From assembly GCA_965218935.1 (NCBI GenBank), contig CBDCMH010000013.1, positions 12,520 to 76,519 of the forward strand: a stretch of 64,000 nt of DNA, read 5' to 3'. Source of the DNA: Acidobacteriota bacterium. GTDB taxonomy: Bacteria; Acidobacteriota; UBA6911; RPQK01; JADFOI01. Below the pieces are notes generated by a model. It searched no databases and was not told the origin of the DNA. It saw only the letters and a program-made list of their open reading frames with translations. The translations under genes and the position numbers were made by a program. Positions 54,386 through 64,000 of this stretch are shown piece by piece (the stretch's first letter is position 1; every line of letters starts with the position of its first letter).

Positions 54386-57300
54386 TCAGTGCCTCACCGC
54401 CCCGGTGGCCAAACCCTTGGCAAGACCTGAAATGGCGGTGCGCACCTGAGCCGCAATCTGCCGATAGCGCTCGTCGAGTGCAGTTCGTGGGCCTTCTGGA
54501 GGAGAAGGCTCCACCCGGATTCCCGGGGCGAAAAACACTCCTATTCCTCGGCGGCGAGGGAAGGCTTTTCCCACAGGCATGGCCGGGTGCGTCCCCTGAA
54601 TATAGGCTGGAACAACCGGCACCCCCAATTCCAGCGCGATTAAGCCGACGCCCGGTTTAAACTCCTGCAGTTGGCCCGTCCGCGAACGGGTCCCCTCCGG
54701 GAAAATGAGCACACATTCGCCGCCCAACAGAATGGATTTCACCATCCGCAACCCCGCCAGTGAGGTTTCTTCCCTTTCAACGGGCACTAAATTCAAGAAT
54801 GTGCTGAAGAACCAGCTTTTCAGGGCCGTGTCGAAAAAGTAATCTCTTGCCCCTAAGATGTGCATTTTTTGGGCCTCTTGAAGGCCCAACACGGCGCTCA
54901 CGGCGGAGATCATTGCCCCCCCATCCAGATGGCTGGCATGATTGGCTGCAATGATGTAGGGACCGGCGGCGGGGAGGTGTTCCTGGTTGTACACTTTCAA
55001 GCGAAAATACTTTTGGTACACCAATCTAAGAGCTCGGTAGCTGCTGCTGAGCAACCAGCGCTCGGTGGGCGAGCGCTCCCCATAGGGCCGAGCTGAGCGA
55101 ATCTTACTCGTCCTTGCCCCTTTTCTCTCCGCTTTCCGGGCCTGGGTTGGGGCTTGGGGGCGGATTTGCTCAAGAAGCTCTCCCGCAGTTTGTAGCGTTG
55201 CCGCCACCTGATCGGAAACTGAGACCCCGAACTGATGTTCGGTAAACAAGAGAAGCTGGATGCTCATCAAGGAATCTAACCCTAGGTCTGAGTAAAGATG
55301 GCTGTCTTCCCTGATTTCCTGGGTGGGGATGCCTGATAGCCGGCTGAGCTCTCTGAGCAGCTCTTCTTCTTGGCTTCCCCCCCTGCCGGGCTGTGGCGGC
55401 AAGCCTTCGGCAGAGCGTGCTCGGTCATGCTGAAGCTCTTCCAGGAGCTTACGGCGGGCGGTCTCTCTGCAAACCTCCCCCGAATCGTTCCGGGGCAAGG
55501 GCTCAAACCAAACATGGATATGTTGGAGCCGATGATAGCTAGGCAATTCCTTTCCGATCCTTTGAATCTCTTTCTGAATCTCCTTCTTAACCTCGGCCTG
55601 GTCGCTCATTGCCGACCGGCCCAGCGCGGGCGTCAAAACGGCGTGGATGTCTTCCGTGAGCCCGCTTTTTATCCCCAGAACGCAAATCTCCAGAATGGCT
55701 GGGATGCTTTGGTATATGGCTTCCAGGTCGGCGGGGTAAACATTCTTGCCCGCCCCGGTTACAATGACGTCTTTGATTCGTCCGGTGACGTACACATACC
55801 CATCGGCATCCACCCAACCCAGATCACCGGTATGAAACCAACCGTCCTTGATCACGGCTTCCGAGGCGGAGGGGTTATTGTAGTAGCCTTTCATCAAGCT
55901 GGGGCTGCGGGCGATGATCTCGCCAATGCCGTCCTTGTCGGAGTGAAAAATCCTTATCTCCACACCCGGAAGAGGCTTCCCTGCTGAGCTCTTCCTGCTG
56001 CGCTGTAGGGGATTGACGGTAAGGACGGGGGCGGTTTCCGTCAGGCCATAGCCTTCGTAGATCGGCATGCCCAGCACTTTGAACTCGTCATAGAGCTTTT
56101 CCCCCAACGCGGATCCCCCGCTTACGAAAAGTCTGATTTGCCCCCCGAGCTCCTGGTGTAGCCGGGAAAACAGTTGCCGGCCGATGTTCTTGCCGAGTTT
56201 GCGCTCCACCGATAAGCTCACTTGTTTCGAGGTGTTCGGGAAATTCGGCTTAAGGGCTGATTTAGGCTTTCTCAAAATACGCCGCTCAATGTCATCCCGA
56301 ATCAACGCGTAAAGGGTAGGAACTCCCAGCATGCAAGTCGTTCCTGTTTCTTGCATCGATTCAAGAATCACCTTCGGTTTGAGTGAATGAACGTACGTCA
56401 CCGTGGCGCCACCGTAAATAGCCATCAAGAATCCGCAGGTGAATTCCAGGGCGTGGGACAGAGGAAGCACCGAAAGAAGCTGATCGTTCTCCGATACCGG
56501 TAAGTGGTGATTGACCCCCAGCAAGTTGTTGATGAAGTTGCGATGGGTGTGCAAGGCTCCCTTGGGATCAACGGCAGTGCTGTTTGTGAAGATAATCGAA
56601 GCCAAATCGTCAGGTTTCACCTCAGCCTTTTCCTTGGGTGTGGTTTCTTGGCGGGGCGGTTGGGTGCTGCGCGAATATTCCTTTCGCTCAAAGGGCAGAC
56701 AGCACCGATCGACGTTCAGTAATCTCACCGGAGATTGCGACTCTTCGTTTTCCTTTAAGGCCTTTGAGGCAAGTCTGGCCAGGCAGTATTCGGACGCGAG
56801 CAGCGCCCGGCTTTGTGTAAACCGCACCACCGCCCAGACCTCTTTGTGCCACGTCTGTGCATCCAGCGGCACAACGACTACCCCTACCGAGGCTGCCCCA
56901 AGGTAGGTGGATCCCCACTCCGGCGTGTTTTCCGAGTAGAGGGCCACACGGTCGCCCTTTTGCAGCCCCATCTTCAAAAGAGTCTGTCCTATTTTCTGAG
57001 CCCCAGCGTGGAGGTCTTTATAGGTGAATCTCTGCCAGTAGCCCTCACGCTTGATCTGGAGCGCCGTTTTGTTTGGGAACCTCTCGGCGGCTTGCTCAAC
57101 AAGGGTATTAATGGTGAGCGCATCCGAAGAGGCTGCGTCTTCCACCGACAGGGTTCCAGCTCCTTCCAGCTTGAGGACGTGCTTCTTGACACCGGGGATG
57201 TGTACGTTCTGGATATAGTGGCGCCAGTTCAATTGCTCAATGTCAAAGTTGAGGAGTTCCTTTTCCTCTGCGTTGAGTGAATTGAAAAGCTGCATCGTGT

Positions 57301-58762
57301 TGTCTATCTCGAACCGGCAATTCAAGTTCAGGTAGGGCCGGTAGATCTCTCCATAGTAGTAGAGCTTGTCGTAGGCCAGCTTGGCGGCAGAGATTTTCCG
57401 CTTAACTTTTTCCGTCCTGTTGGAAGGCGGTAGGTTTCGCAAAGTATGCGCCGCCGCCTGGAGAGGGACAGTCTTCAGCTTGTGCTGCAAGCGGAAGGTG
57501 CTTTGCTTGGGGAATTTAAGAGGCTTGACGTGGATGGCCTCGCCACGCCGGTCCAGCATGGGATTCTTCTGGAAGTATTCGTAAACAAGCGAATGGAGCT
57601 CCCCCAGCGTGACCGGGTTCTTGGCGCCAGTTGCCACGTGATACACCTTCACCCCACCCTCCTCTGCCGCTAGGGGTATGGTGGCCAACAGCGCATTGAC
57701 CACCAGGTCGACCGGGACCAAGTCGAGAATCACGTCAGCGTCCAGGGGCAACGACCGGAGACGGCCTTTGCCGATGGCTACGATGAGAGGGTCGGCCATC
57801 CGCAGTCCGTCCAGCCATCCAGGGGTCGGCTCTGCGAGGCTGCTTTCAATGACCGACGGGCGGATGACGACAGTGGGAACTCCGTTCCTCCCTCGGAGAA
57901 CCATCTGCTCGCCCAGCGCCTTCGTGTAGGTGTAGGTGTCGTTCCAGCCCCGCTGGCGCGCCCGGCTCATACCCTCTTCGGTCAAGCGGCTCTGCGCCCA
58001 CTTCTTCCGCAGGCTCTCAAGCTTGGCGGCACGAGTCCTCCCCTTGCCCCCTCTCCGGGGCTTGCGCAGTTCTCTGAGAAGTCCTTCCCTCGTCTTCGGG
58101 CCTCGCGATGCCTCTTCAACTTGCTTAATCGTTTTGCGGATGTGTTCTATCTCTTGCGCAACATCGTTAAACTTCCCCTGTGGGTGCGGCTGTTCCGCTT
58201 CTGAGCCAGCGGCTGAATGATAGATGGTCTCAGGGACGGAGTAGCTGGCGGTGCCGCTTACATAGGCCGTAGAGACATGAACCAGCACTGCCTTCTTGCA
58301 AGAGCTGGCGAATTCGGCGATGCGGCCGGCACTCAAAACATTCACTTCAAGGGCCTCGTCCAGGGGTGCATCGAATGAAACAACCGCGGCGCTGTTAATC
58401 ACGATGTCGACCTCGCCCTGGAGCCGGCTTCGAGAAGCCTCGTCCAACCCCAAGCCCTCCTGAGAGATGTCGCCCGAAACCGCGACGAGTTTCTCTTCAA
58501 GAAAGGCCTTGCTCTTATCCCCGTAGGAGCGGTAAAGCCGGTCGAAAACATCGGATTGAAACAGCTCCCGGGTCAGTCGCTCTTGGGCGGACATCGCCTG
58601 GCCGCCTAGTTGCGCCCTGGGGCGGATAAGAAGATAGATCCGCTTTATGCTGGGAGCGATTCTTAAGATTTTCTCCACAAGGGGTTGCCCTAGAAACCCA
58701 GTGGCCCCGGTGATAAAAATCGTTTTGTGCTCTAAGGCGTCTTTGATCCTATTCATGCCCAC
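54386..58762 (-). CDS. multidomain fatty acyl reductase / AMP-binding / ACP / acyltransferase (ElbD-like ether-lipid synthase)
   Basis: TGATGFLG and YTYTK (reductase), YGLTE and TGD (adenylation), DLGLDSL (ACP), NHASHLD and FPEGTRS (PlsC-type acyltransferase). Confidence 0.88.
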   Translation of the reverse strand: MGMNRIKDALEHKTIFITGATGFLGQPLVEKILRIAPSIKRIYLLIRPRAQLGGQAMSAQERLTRELFQSDVFDRLYRSYGDKSKAFLEEKLVAVSGDISQEGLGLDEASRSRLQGEVDIVINSAAVVSFDAPLDEALEVNVLSAGRIAEFASSCKKAVLVHVSTAYVSGTASYSVPETIYHSAAGSEAEQPHPQGKFNDVAQEIEHIRKTIKQVEEASRGPKTREGLLRELRKPRRGGKGRTRAAKLESLRKKWAQSRLTEEGMSRARQRGWNDTYTYTKALGEQMVLRGRNGVPTVVIRPSVIESSLAEPTPGWLDGLRMADPLIVAIGKGRLRSLPLDADVILDLVPVDLVVNALLATIPLAAEEGGVKVYHVATGAKNPVTLGELHSLVYEYFQKNPMLDRRGEAIHVKPLKFPKQSTFRLQHKLKTVPLQAAAHTLRNLPPSNRTEKVKRKISAAKLAYDKLYYYGEIYRPYLNLNCRFEIDNTMQLFNSLNAEEKELLNFDIEQLNWRHYIQNVHIPGVKKHVLKLEGAGTLSVEDAASSDALTINTLVEQAAERFPNKTALQIKREGYWQRFTYKDLHAGAQKIGQTLLKMGLQKGDRVALYSENTPEWGSTYLGAASVGVVVVPLDAQTWHKEVWAVVRFTQSRALLASEYCLARLASKALKENEESQSPVRLLNVDRCCLPFERKEYSRSTQPPRQETTPKEKAEVKPDDLASIIFTNSTAVDPKGALHTHRNFINNLLGVNHHLPVSENDQLLSVLPLSHALEFTCGFLMAIYGGATVTYVHSLKPKVILESMQETGTTCMLGVPTLYALIRDDIERRILRKPKSALKPNFPNTSKQVSLSVERKLGKNIGRQLFSRLHQELGGQIRLFVSGGSALGEKLYDEFKVLGMPIYEGYGLTETAPVLTVNPLQRSRKSSAGKPLPGVEIRIFHSDKDGIGEIIARSPSLMKGYYNNPSASEAVIKDGWFHTGDLGWVDADGYVYVTGRIKDVIVTGAGKNVYPADLEAIYQSIPAILEICVLGIKSGLTEDIHAVLTPALGRSAMSDQAEVKKEIQKEIQRIGKELPSYHRLQHIHVWFEPLPRNDSGEVCRETARRKLLEELQHDRARSAEGLPPQPGRGGSQEEELLRELSRLSGIPTQEIREDSHLYSDLGLDSLMSIQLLLFTEHQFGVSVSDQVAATLQTAGELLEQIRPQAPTQARKAERKGARTSKIRSARPYGERSPTERWLLSSSYRALRLVYQKYFRLKVYNQEHLPAAGPYIIAANHASHLDGGAMISAVSAVLGLQEAQKMHILGARDYFFDTALKSWFFSTFLNLVPVEREETSLAGLRMVKSILLGGECVLIFPEGTRSRTGQLQEFKPGVGLIALELGVPVVPAYIQGTHPAMPVGKAFPRRRGIGVFFAPGIRVEPSPPEGPRTALDERYRQIAAQVRTAISGLAKGLATGAVRH

Positions 58763-59633
58763 CCCCGGTCGGGGCTATGATCTTAATTGCCCCCCTGAGA
58801 GCTTTTGCGTTGACTGGGGTCTCCCCATAGATATCTCCGTCGAACACCTTTTTTAAGCTTACCGGGGTGTCGATTTTAACCGTCTGGGATCGGTACAAGG
58901 AGAATTTTGGGTGTTTGAGGTGGTGACCGCTATAAATTTTCGGGAAGTTGAGCAGTAAGTCCGCCTTCCCAATATCACCCACCACAACCACGTCAAACAG
59001 GCCGTTGTTCGTCTGGGCCGCCGGGGCCATAAGCAAACCGCCGCCGCAATACCGCGTATTCTGAACTAAGATTGAAGTGCAGTTTAGGTCTAAAGTTTCC
59101 TCATCCAGCGTGATACTCATCGGGACCGGTTGTAGCTGGGTGATGGCTTTGTAGGTAGCAATAAAAAAGGCGCTGGGGCCTTTTAGGTATTTCATTTTAT
59201 TTGTTTCATTGGCTATGATCGCTGGAAAACCGAGCCCTAAAGTGGAAATAAAGCACCGTTCCCGCTCCCAGCCCACATCAATCTCTAATACCTCCCCTTT
59301 GAGAATCACTTCTATCGCCTTTTCTGGATTGTTGTAAGGGAGGCCGAGGCTTCGCGCTAAGTCATTCCCGGTTCCAATCGATATAATCCCAAGCTCTGTC
59401 CCAGAATTTACTGTAGCGTTAACAACCTCAGAAATCGTCCCGTCGCCGCCGAAAACGATTACCTGGCGCTCACCTGCCTCAACAAGGCGCTGGGCTAGTT
59501 CTGTGGCGTGGCCTCGGTGCCTCGTCTCGAAAATTTCGTGCTCTGCCTCCCTGGCCCGAAGGATTGATTGGAGTCCTTGAGCTGCACGTCTTCCTCTCCC
59601 GTGCCCGGCGGTCGGATTGGCTATGATCTTCAT
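58749..59633 (-). CDS. diacylglycerol kinase-family lipid kinase (YegS/DgkB-like)
   Basis: NPTAG, GGDGT, GTGNDLAR and DGD motifs; start taken at ATG 59633. Confidence 0.9.
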   Translation of the reverse strand: MKIIANPTAGHGRGRRAAQGLQSILRAREAEHEIFETRHRGHATELAQRLVEAGERQVIVFGGDGTISEVVNATVNSGTELGIISIGTGNDLARSLGLPYNNPEKAIEVILKGEVLEIDVGWERERCFISTLGLGFPAIIANETNKMKYLKGPSAFFIATYKAITQLQPVPMSITLDEETLDLNCTSILVQNTRYCGGGLLMAPAAQTNNGLFDVVVVGDIGKADLLLNFPKIYSGHHLKHPKFSLYRSQTVKIDTPVSLKKVFDGDIYGETPVNAKALRGAIKIIAPTGGGHE

Positions 59634-59715
59634 CCCCACACAAAGCTGAGTATAACGAGGAGGGCTATATTCAGCCAAGAGAAAAGCTGCAGTAGGGTGA
59701 TATAATCCTGCGCCG

Positions 59716-59814
59716 GGAGGTACTCCCTGTCTGGTGACGGGCCTGGTCTTCAAAACCAGTCGGGCTGCAACGAGAGTTGTGGTTGGTGGGTTCGATTCCC
59801 ATGTACCTCCGCCA
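59716..59814 (+). tRNA. selC: tRNA-Sec (TCA)
   Basis: 8-bp acceptor stem GGAGGTAC/GTACCTCC, anticodon arm CTGGT-CTTCAAA-ACCAG, long variable arm, CCA; extended -10 TGATATAAT just upstream. Confidence 0.93.
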
Positions 59815-59867
59815 ATGGAGGTTTCTTGTTGTCTGCTCGTACTCCGGATTTAAGTGAGTTATTTCTT

Positions 59868-60112
59868 TAGTAGTAGTAGTAGTAGTAGGTGTGTGTTTTG
59901 TTGAAAAAAGGAGCAGGCTATATAAAATAAAGGTGTTTAGTGAGTGGATAATTATGTGAATAAGAGACCCAGGATAAACAGTGTGGCAAGAGAGCGGTAA
60001 AAAAGGATAGGAAGCAAAGGAAATCCGCGCACTTGTTGGCCGCGCACGTGTACGGAATTAGGCTAAGCAAAGTTAAGAAAGCAAGATGCATTGTCCAGGA
60101 GTCTGTGGAAAA
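59868..60112. other. candidate replication origin oriC
   Basis: (TAG)7 at 59868-59888 next to tandem boxes (reverse strand TTTTCAACA and AAACACACA); further boxes TTATCCACT (59943), TTATTCACA (59955) and TTTTCCACA (60104); AT-rich. Confidence 0.75.
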
Positions 60113-60187
60113 GCGGTGAGGTATAGCCCGCGCAACCAGGTTTTACCGACACCCCGCCCAACCCAGCGGTAGAACCTCGAGCCAGTT

Positions 60188-61036
60188 ATGGCGAAAGAAA
60201 TCACGGTCGCAATTCAAGGAGAGCGAGGGTCTTACAGCGAGGTAGCAGCAGCGCACCTATTAAGGAAAAAGATGGAGCTCTGGTGCTGCGAGCGCTTCGA
60301 GGAGGTTTTCAAGGTCACCGCGAAAAAAGACACCCAATACTGCCTCGTCCCCCTCGAAAACTCTCTATCCGGGTCGATCCACAAAAACTACGATCTTCTG
60401 TTGCGGCACAAACTCAAGATCACCCGCGAGATCAATCTTCAGATCGAACACAACCTAATCACTGCGCCCGGTGCACACCTCGACGAAATCACCACGGTGC
60501 TTTCCCACCCCGTCGCCTTGGATCAGTGCGACAACTTCTTTGAGAAGTTTCCTCACCTGATTAAGCGCAGTGCCTACGACACCTCGGGCAGCGTCAAGCG
60601 CATCGTGGAAGAAAATCTACGTGATTGCGCTGCCATTGCAGGAAAGCAAGCCGCTGAGTACTACGGCGGCAAGATTGCGCTAACCGGAATTCAAGACAAC
60701 AAAGAAAACTTCACTCGATTCGCCCTGCTTGCCCGGGAACCAGAAACAGGCAAGAAAGCAGATAAAACCTCGATCGCTTTCAGCTTTGGAAATGCGCCCG
60801 GAGCCCTTTTCAAGTGCCTCAGCGTCTTCGCCTTGCGAGAGATCGATCTTACCAAAATCGAGTCTAGGCCTATCCATGGGCGGCCGTGGGAGTACCTTTT
60901 TTATCTGGACTTTCTAGGAAACACTGACCAGGAAAGCATCCAAAGAGCGCTGGATCACCTGAGGGAGCTCACCGAGTTCCTGGAAGTTCTCGGCTGTTAT
61001 CCGCGCGACACCAGCCAGCAGAAGAAGGGGATGTAG
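60188..61036 (+). CDS. pheA: prephenate dehydratase
   Basis: QGERGSYS, PLENS, NFTRF and LTKIESRP motifs; ACT domain. Confidence 0.93.
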   Translation: MAKEITVAIQGERGSYSEVAAAHLLRKKMELWCCERFEEVFKVTAKKDTQYCLVPLENSLSGSIHKNYDLLLRHKLKITREINLQIEHNLITAPGAHLDEITTVLSHPVALDQCDNFFEKFPHLIKRSAYDTSGSVKRIVEENLRDCAAIAGKQAAEYYGGKIALTGIQDNKENFTRFALLAREPETGKKADKTSIAFSFGNAPGALFKCLSVFALREIDLTKIESRPIHGRPWEYLFYLDFLGNTDQESIQRALDHLRELTEFLEVLGCYPRDTSQQKKGM

Positions 61037-61119
61037 GGGGCCAGCCCAAGAAGAGGCTCTGAGGGGAGGGGCGGACAAGCCCTAGGGTTTGGGGTTCGCC
61101 TCAAGCCACTTCGGTAGAG

Positions 61120-62584
61120 CCCGTTGCCTCACGTAAAAATCTATTCCAAAGGGTATTCGTTGCCTCACTAAGAATCTATCCGAAAGGGATTGCAAAAAGT
61201 GGTGGTAAAAAGCACCAACCAGAGGAGTGGCAACCCCTTGCCCAACACCCGCAGCCTGCAGCAAGAGAAAGATTTTCACATCCAGCCCGCTTCCCATCGT
61301 TTCTTCTGCTCAGGAGTCGGTTTGAGCAAAAGGCAATTCTGAAGCCAGCCGATCTGCCGTGCCAGCTGGGCCGGATTGAGCTTCTCATACTCTCGGGCCA
61401 GTTCCCGCTTGATCTTGTCCGCCACCTCAAGGGACTCGCAGATCCTCCGGTAGGGAGTTTTCGGCACATCATACTTTTTCCAGATCCGAGACCCTCGACG
61501 TTGCTTGGCCACCATCTTCATGACCGGCTTGAAAAAGTTGATCTGCAGTCGCAGCCGATCGTACAACTCGTTCACCAGCTCCTGTTCTCGCTCTCCCTCG
61601 TAGCGAGCATAACCCACGGCCCGCCGAACCACCGAATAGTTTTTCTGCTCCACATAAGGGTTGTCATTCTTGCGCGAGGGGCGGGTTCGGCTGAAGCTGA
61701 TCTTTTCCTGCTCACAAAAACGAATCAAGTGCTTGTTGATGAACTCGCTGCCGTTGTCCGAAGCCATCCCCAGCCAAGGGAAGGGCGAGCGCTTCTGAAG
61801 CAGCTTCATCGCTTCCAGGACCCACACCTGGGCCTTATTGCGCACCGCTCGGACCTCTGTCCAGCCCGTGTACACGTCCGTCACATCCAGGGTTTGAAGG
61901 TAGTCCCCCCGACCCTGGCCTCCCTCATGGCCCACCAGGTCCACTTCCACAAAACCGGGGCGATCCTCCTGCCAGTCGGCGAAACGCTTGATCGGAATCT
62001 GGTGTTTGAGCAGCGTTCCCGGCTTGGTTCCGGATCGTCCTTTGAGACGGTGCTTGCACCTTTCGGGCTCCAGCAGCCGATCGATGGTGGCGGCGCTGAT
62101 CTGCATCAACCGCTCATGGGTGCTGGCATCCACTTTCAGTTCCCCATGTCTTTGTAAAATGGGTACCACTTCCGGCAAAATCGCGACCAGACGTTTGCCA
62201 CACAAATAGTTCAGTATCTCCCAGATCATCGTCAGCGCCTTTAGAACTTTCTGGTCGTATTTGCGGGCCCGCTCTCGCCGTACTCTCTTGCCGATATCCC
62301 CTACCGCCACCAGCTTGGGGCTCAACCGGGTCCGCTTGCCCTGGTGGCGAAGCAGATAGGCTCCATAGCAGCGGTTGTAGCCCGTCATTTGGGTAAACTC
62401 CGTCAACACTTCCCCCTTCACCTTCTTGCCCTTCTTCCGGTAGCGGGGGGCAAAACTTTTGATCAATACACGCTTTTCTGCCATCGTTAACCTCATTGGT
62501 GCCCTCCATTCCTTCATGGAGGACACTTCTATTCCCCTGCTCAGGGCCAGGCAATTTCGAATAGATTTTTGATGAGGCAATTCG
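61120..62584 (-). mobile_element. 1465-bp rve-type IS, copy 2
   Basis: Same ends as copy 1; 5-bp target duplication TAGAG (61115-61119 and 62585-62589). Confidence 0.93.
61276..62496 (-). CDS. transposase (integrase core)
   Basis: Identical to the 19586-20806 product except I>T, D>N and P>L. Confidence 0.92.
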   Translation of the reverse strand: MRLTMAEKRVLIKSFAPRYRKKGKKVKGEVLTEFTQMTGYNRCYGAYLLRHQGKRTRLSPKLVAVGDIGKRVRRERARKYDQKVLKALTMIWEILNYLCGKRLVAILPEVVPILQRHGELKVDASTHERLMQISAATIDRLLEPERCKHRLKGRSGTKPGTLLKHQIPIKRFADWQEDRPGFVEVDLVGHEGGQGRGDYLQTLDVTDVYTGWTEVRAVRNKAQVWVLEAMKLLQKRSPFPWLGMASDNGSEFINKHLIRFCEQEKISFSRTRPSRKNDNPYVEQKNYSVVRRAVGYARYEGEREQELVNELYDRLRLQINFFKPVMKMVAKQRRGSRIWKKYDVPKTPYRRICESLEVADKIKRELAREYEKLNPAQLARQIGWLQNCLLLKPTPEQKKRWEAGWM

Positions 62585-62589
62585 TAGAG

Positions 62590-62618
62590 TTGAACCGAAG
62601 CGGTAAAGTTGGTACCAT
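62590..62618 (+). promoter_or_regulatory. sigma70 promoter of the rpmH operon (TTGAAC-N17-TACCAT, extended -10 TG)
   Basis: 17-nt spacer; 40 nt upstream of the rpmH ATG; abuts the IS target duplication. Confidence 0.7.
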
Positions 62619-62658
62619 CACCCTTCCCCAAAAGGGAAACAGGCCCCGGCAGGAGACG

Positions 62659-62799
62659 ATGAAGCGGACATTTCAGCCAAGGAACAGAAGGCGCCGCAAG
62701 AAACATGGATTTCGTGAGCGGATGCGGCTGCACTCAGGCCGAGCTGTATTGAGAAGGCGCCGCGCAAAAGGGCGCAAGAGGTTGACGGTGAGTGGATGA
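62659..62799 (+). CDS. rpmH: 50S ribosomal protein L34
   Basis: MKRTFQP...HGFRERM...[10 protein letters not shown]. Confidence 0.97.
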   Translation: MKRTFQPRNRRRRKKHGFRERMRLHSGRAVLRRRRAKGRKRLTVSG

Positions 62800-63166
62800 A
62801 AGCGGGCGCGGGTTTTCTAAGGAGGAGCGTCTCCGTAAAAGGAGGGAGTTCCTGGGGGCGTATGAACGAGGCGATAAGGTCCAGTCGGAGTACTTTGTTC
62901 TCTACATTTTGGAGAACGGGCGACCTTATCACCGCCTGGGGGTTACGGTTTCCCGAAAGATTGGCTCAGCAGTAGTCCGAAATCGAATTAAGCGCCGCCT
63001 GCGCGAAATCTTCAGAGCGAACAAGCAGGCCATCTCTCCCCACTGCGACTTCGCAGTGAACGCAAAGCGGGCGGCCGCCAGAGCGCGCAATCAGCAGATT
63101 CAGGAAGACATCCTCAAGGCGATTCTGCGGTGGAGACAGAAGGCGCCGCACAAGAGGGAAAGGTAA
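62792..63166 (+). CDS. rnpA: ribonuclease P protein component
   Basis: [25 protein letters not shown]. Confidence 0.95.
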   Translation: MDESGRGFSKEERLRKRREFLGAYERGDKVQSEYFVLYILENGRPYHRLGVTVSRKIGSAVVRNRIKRRLREIFRANKQAISPHCDFAVNAKRAAARARNQQIQEDILKAILRWRQKAPHKRER

Positions 63167-63179
63167 GGCGGTAAGAATT

Positions 63180-63380
63180 TTGCCGATAGGGCTAATCAGG
63201 GTCTACCAGCTGACGATTGCACCCTTCTTGCCGCCCTCCTGCCGATTCGACCCCTCCTGCTCTGAGTATATGCGCCAAGCGATCGATAAATTTGGGGTTG
63301 GGCGTGGCGCATACCTTGGGGTGAAGAGAATACTTCGTTGCCACCCCTGGCATCCCGGAGGGATTGACCCCATTCCTTAA
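63180..63380 (+). CDS. yidD: membrane protein insertion efficiency factor
   Basis: CRFDPSCSEY and RILRCHPWHPGGIDP motifs. Confidence 0.93.
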   Translation: MPIGLIRVYQLTIAPFLPPSCRFDPSCSEYMRQAIDKFGVGRGAYLGVKRILRCHPWHPGGIDPIP

Positions 63381-63396
63381 AGAGCGATCGAAGTCT

Positions 63397-64000
63397 ATGG
63401 CTCTCCAAGACCCCCCTGAAATGGGCATGGAAAAGCGGCTGCTCCTGGCTATGGTTTTGTCCATGGCGATCTTGTTTCTGGTTCCCTATCTATATCGTGA
63501 GCCAGCGCCACTACCAGCCGCAGAGCCAACCGTGGAAGCCGAGGAGCCAGGCCAGCCATCGGTCAGCCGGGAACTCCCCGAGGGGCTCCCTGAAGTAGAG
63601 GAGGCGATGCCAGCGACCCGGTCGACTCGCCAGATCGTCGAAGTGGAAAACGAGGACCTGGTCCTGCGGTGGAGCAATGCAGGCGGCGTTTTGCAGAGCG
63701 CTCGGCTCATCACGAAGGCCGATGGAGCGGGGTCGCAACTGAAGTATCGCACGGCAGACAACCTTCCCCTGGAAGTCATTCCCCAGCAATTACCGGAGAC
63801 CATGAGGCAGGTATTTGGGATCCGCACAGGAGATGAAGAATGGGACGAGCGTTTGATGGGGGCTGTGTATGAAGTAGCTGGAGTCGCTGGGGACAGAGTT
63901 CAAGCCCCAGCAGAAATCACTTTTCATTACCGAGATGCCCAGCTTGAGGTGATCCGGAAAGTCAGCGTTCCGGCAGCGGGCTATCTTGTCGAGATGGAAA
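63397..64000 (+). CDS. yidC: membrane protein insertase, 3'-truncated by window edge
   Basis: MEKRLLLAMVLSMAILF N-terminal TM; canonical position after rpmH-rnpA-yidD. Confidence 0.85.
   Translation, partial: MALQDPPEMGMEKRLLLAMVLSMAILFLVPYLYREPAPLPAAEPTVEAEEPGQPSVSRELPEGLPEVEEAMPATRSTRQIVEVENEDLVLRWSNAGGVLQSARLITKADGAGSQLKYRTADNLPLEVIPQQLPETMRQVFGIRTGDEEWDERLMGAVYEVAGVAGDRVQAPAEITFHYRDAQLEVIRKVSVPAAGYLVEME

Noticed and set aside
58749-59753. 334-aa version of the lipid kinase ORF overlapping tRNA-Sec; 485-aa version of the copy 2 transposase overlapping rpmH
   Set aside because: Upstream in-frame extensions; the real starts are most likely ATG 59633 and ATG 62496.
59716-60187. selC as an integration site for a genomic island
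   Set aside because: No integrase or duplicated tRNA 3' end nearby; the downstream region is better explained as oriC.

Overview
Chromosomal origin region of a bacterium, probably Acidobacteriota (inferred from the 'MIGQTISHY' Ser/Thr kinase, VWA, TPR and beta-propeller protein types). Housekeeping genes include purB, acs, pyk, rpsU, dnaA-dnaN-gyrB-gyrA, rpsA-ihfB, rpmE-prfA-prmC, folE, rnhB, pcm, pheA and rpmH-rnpA-yidD-yidC. The window also holds tRNA-Ser(GCT), tRNA-Sec, an RND efflux operon and an ElbD-type ether-lipid gene cluster. A candidate oriC (tandem DnaA boxes plus (TAG)7 DnaA-trios) lies next to selC, about 25 kb from dnaA. Mobile DNA is abundant: an IS3, an IS481, three families of TA-flanked MITE/REP-like palindromes, and three copies of a 1465-bp rve-integrase IS. 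The top finding concerns that IS. Both intact copies have their 5-bp target duplication directly against the -35 hexamer of a sigma70-like promoter, in the same orientation. The third, degenerate copy abuts the -10 box of the tRNA-Ser promoter in that same orientation. This suggests a promoter-targeting insertion sequence. The third copy has also decayed through about 11 small indels, with no substitutions that I could find. All calls were made by eye from the sequence and ORF track; no database searches were run.
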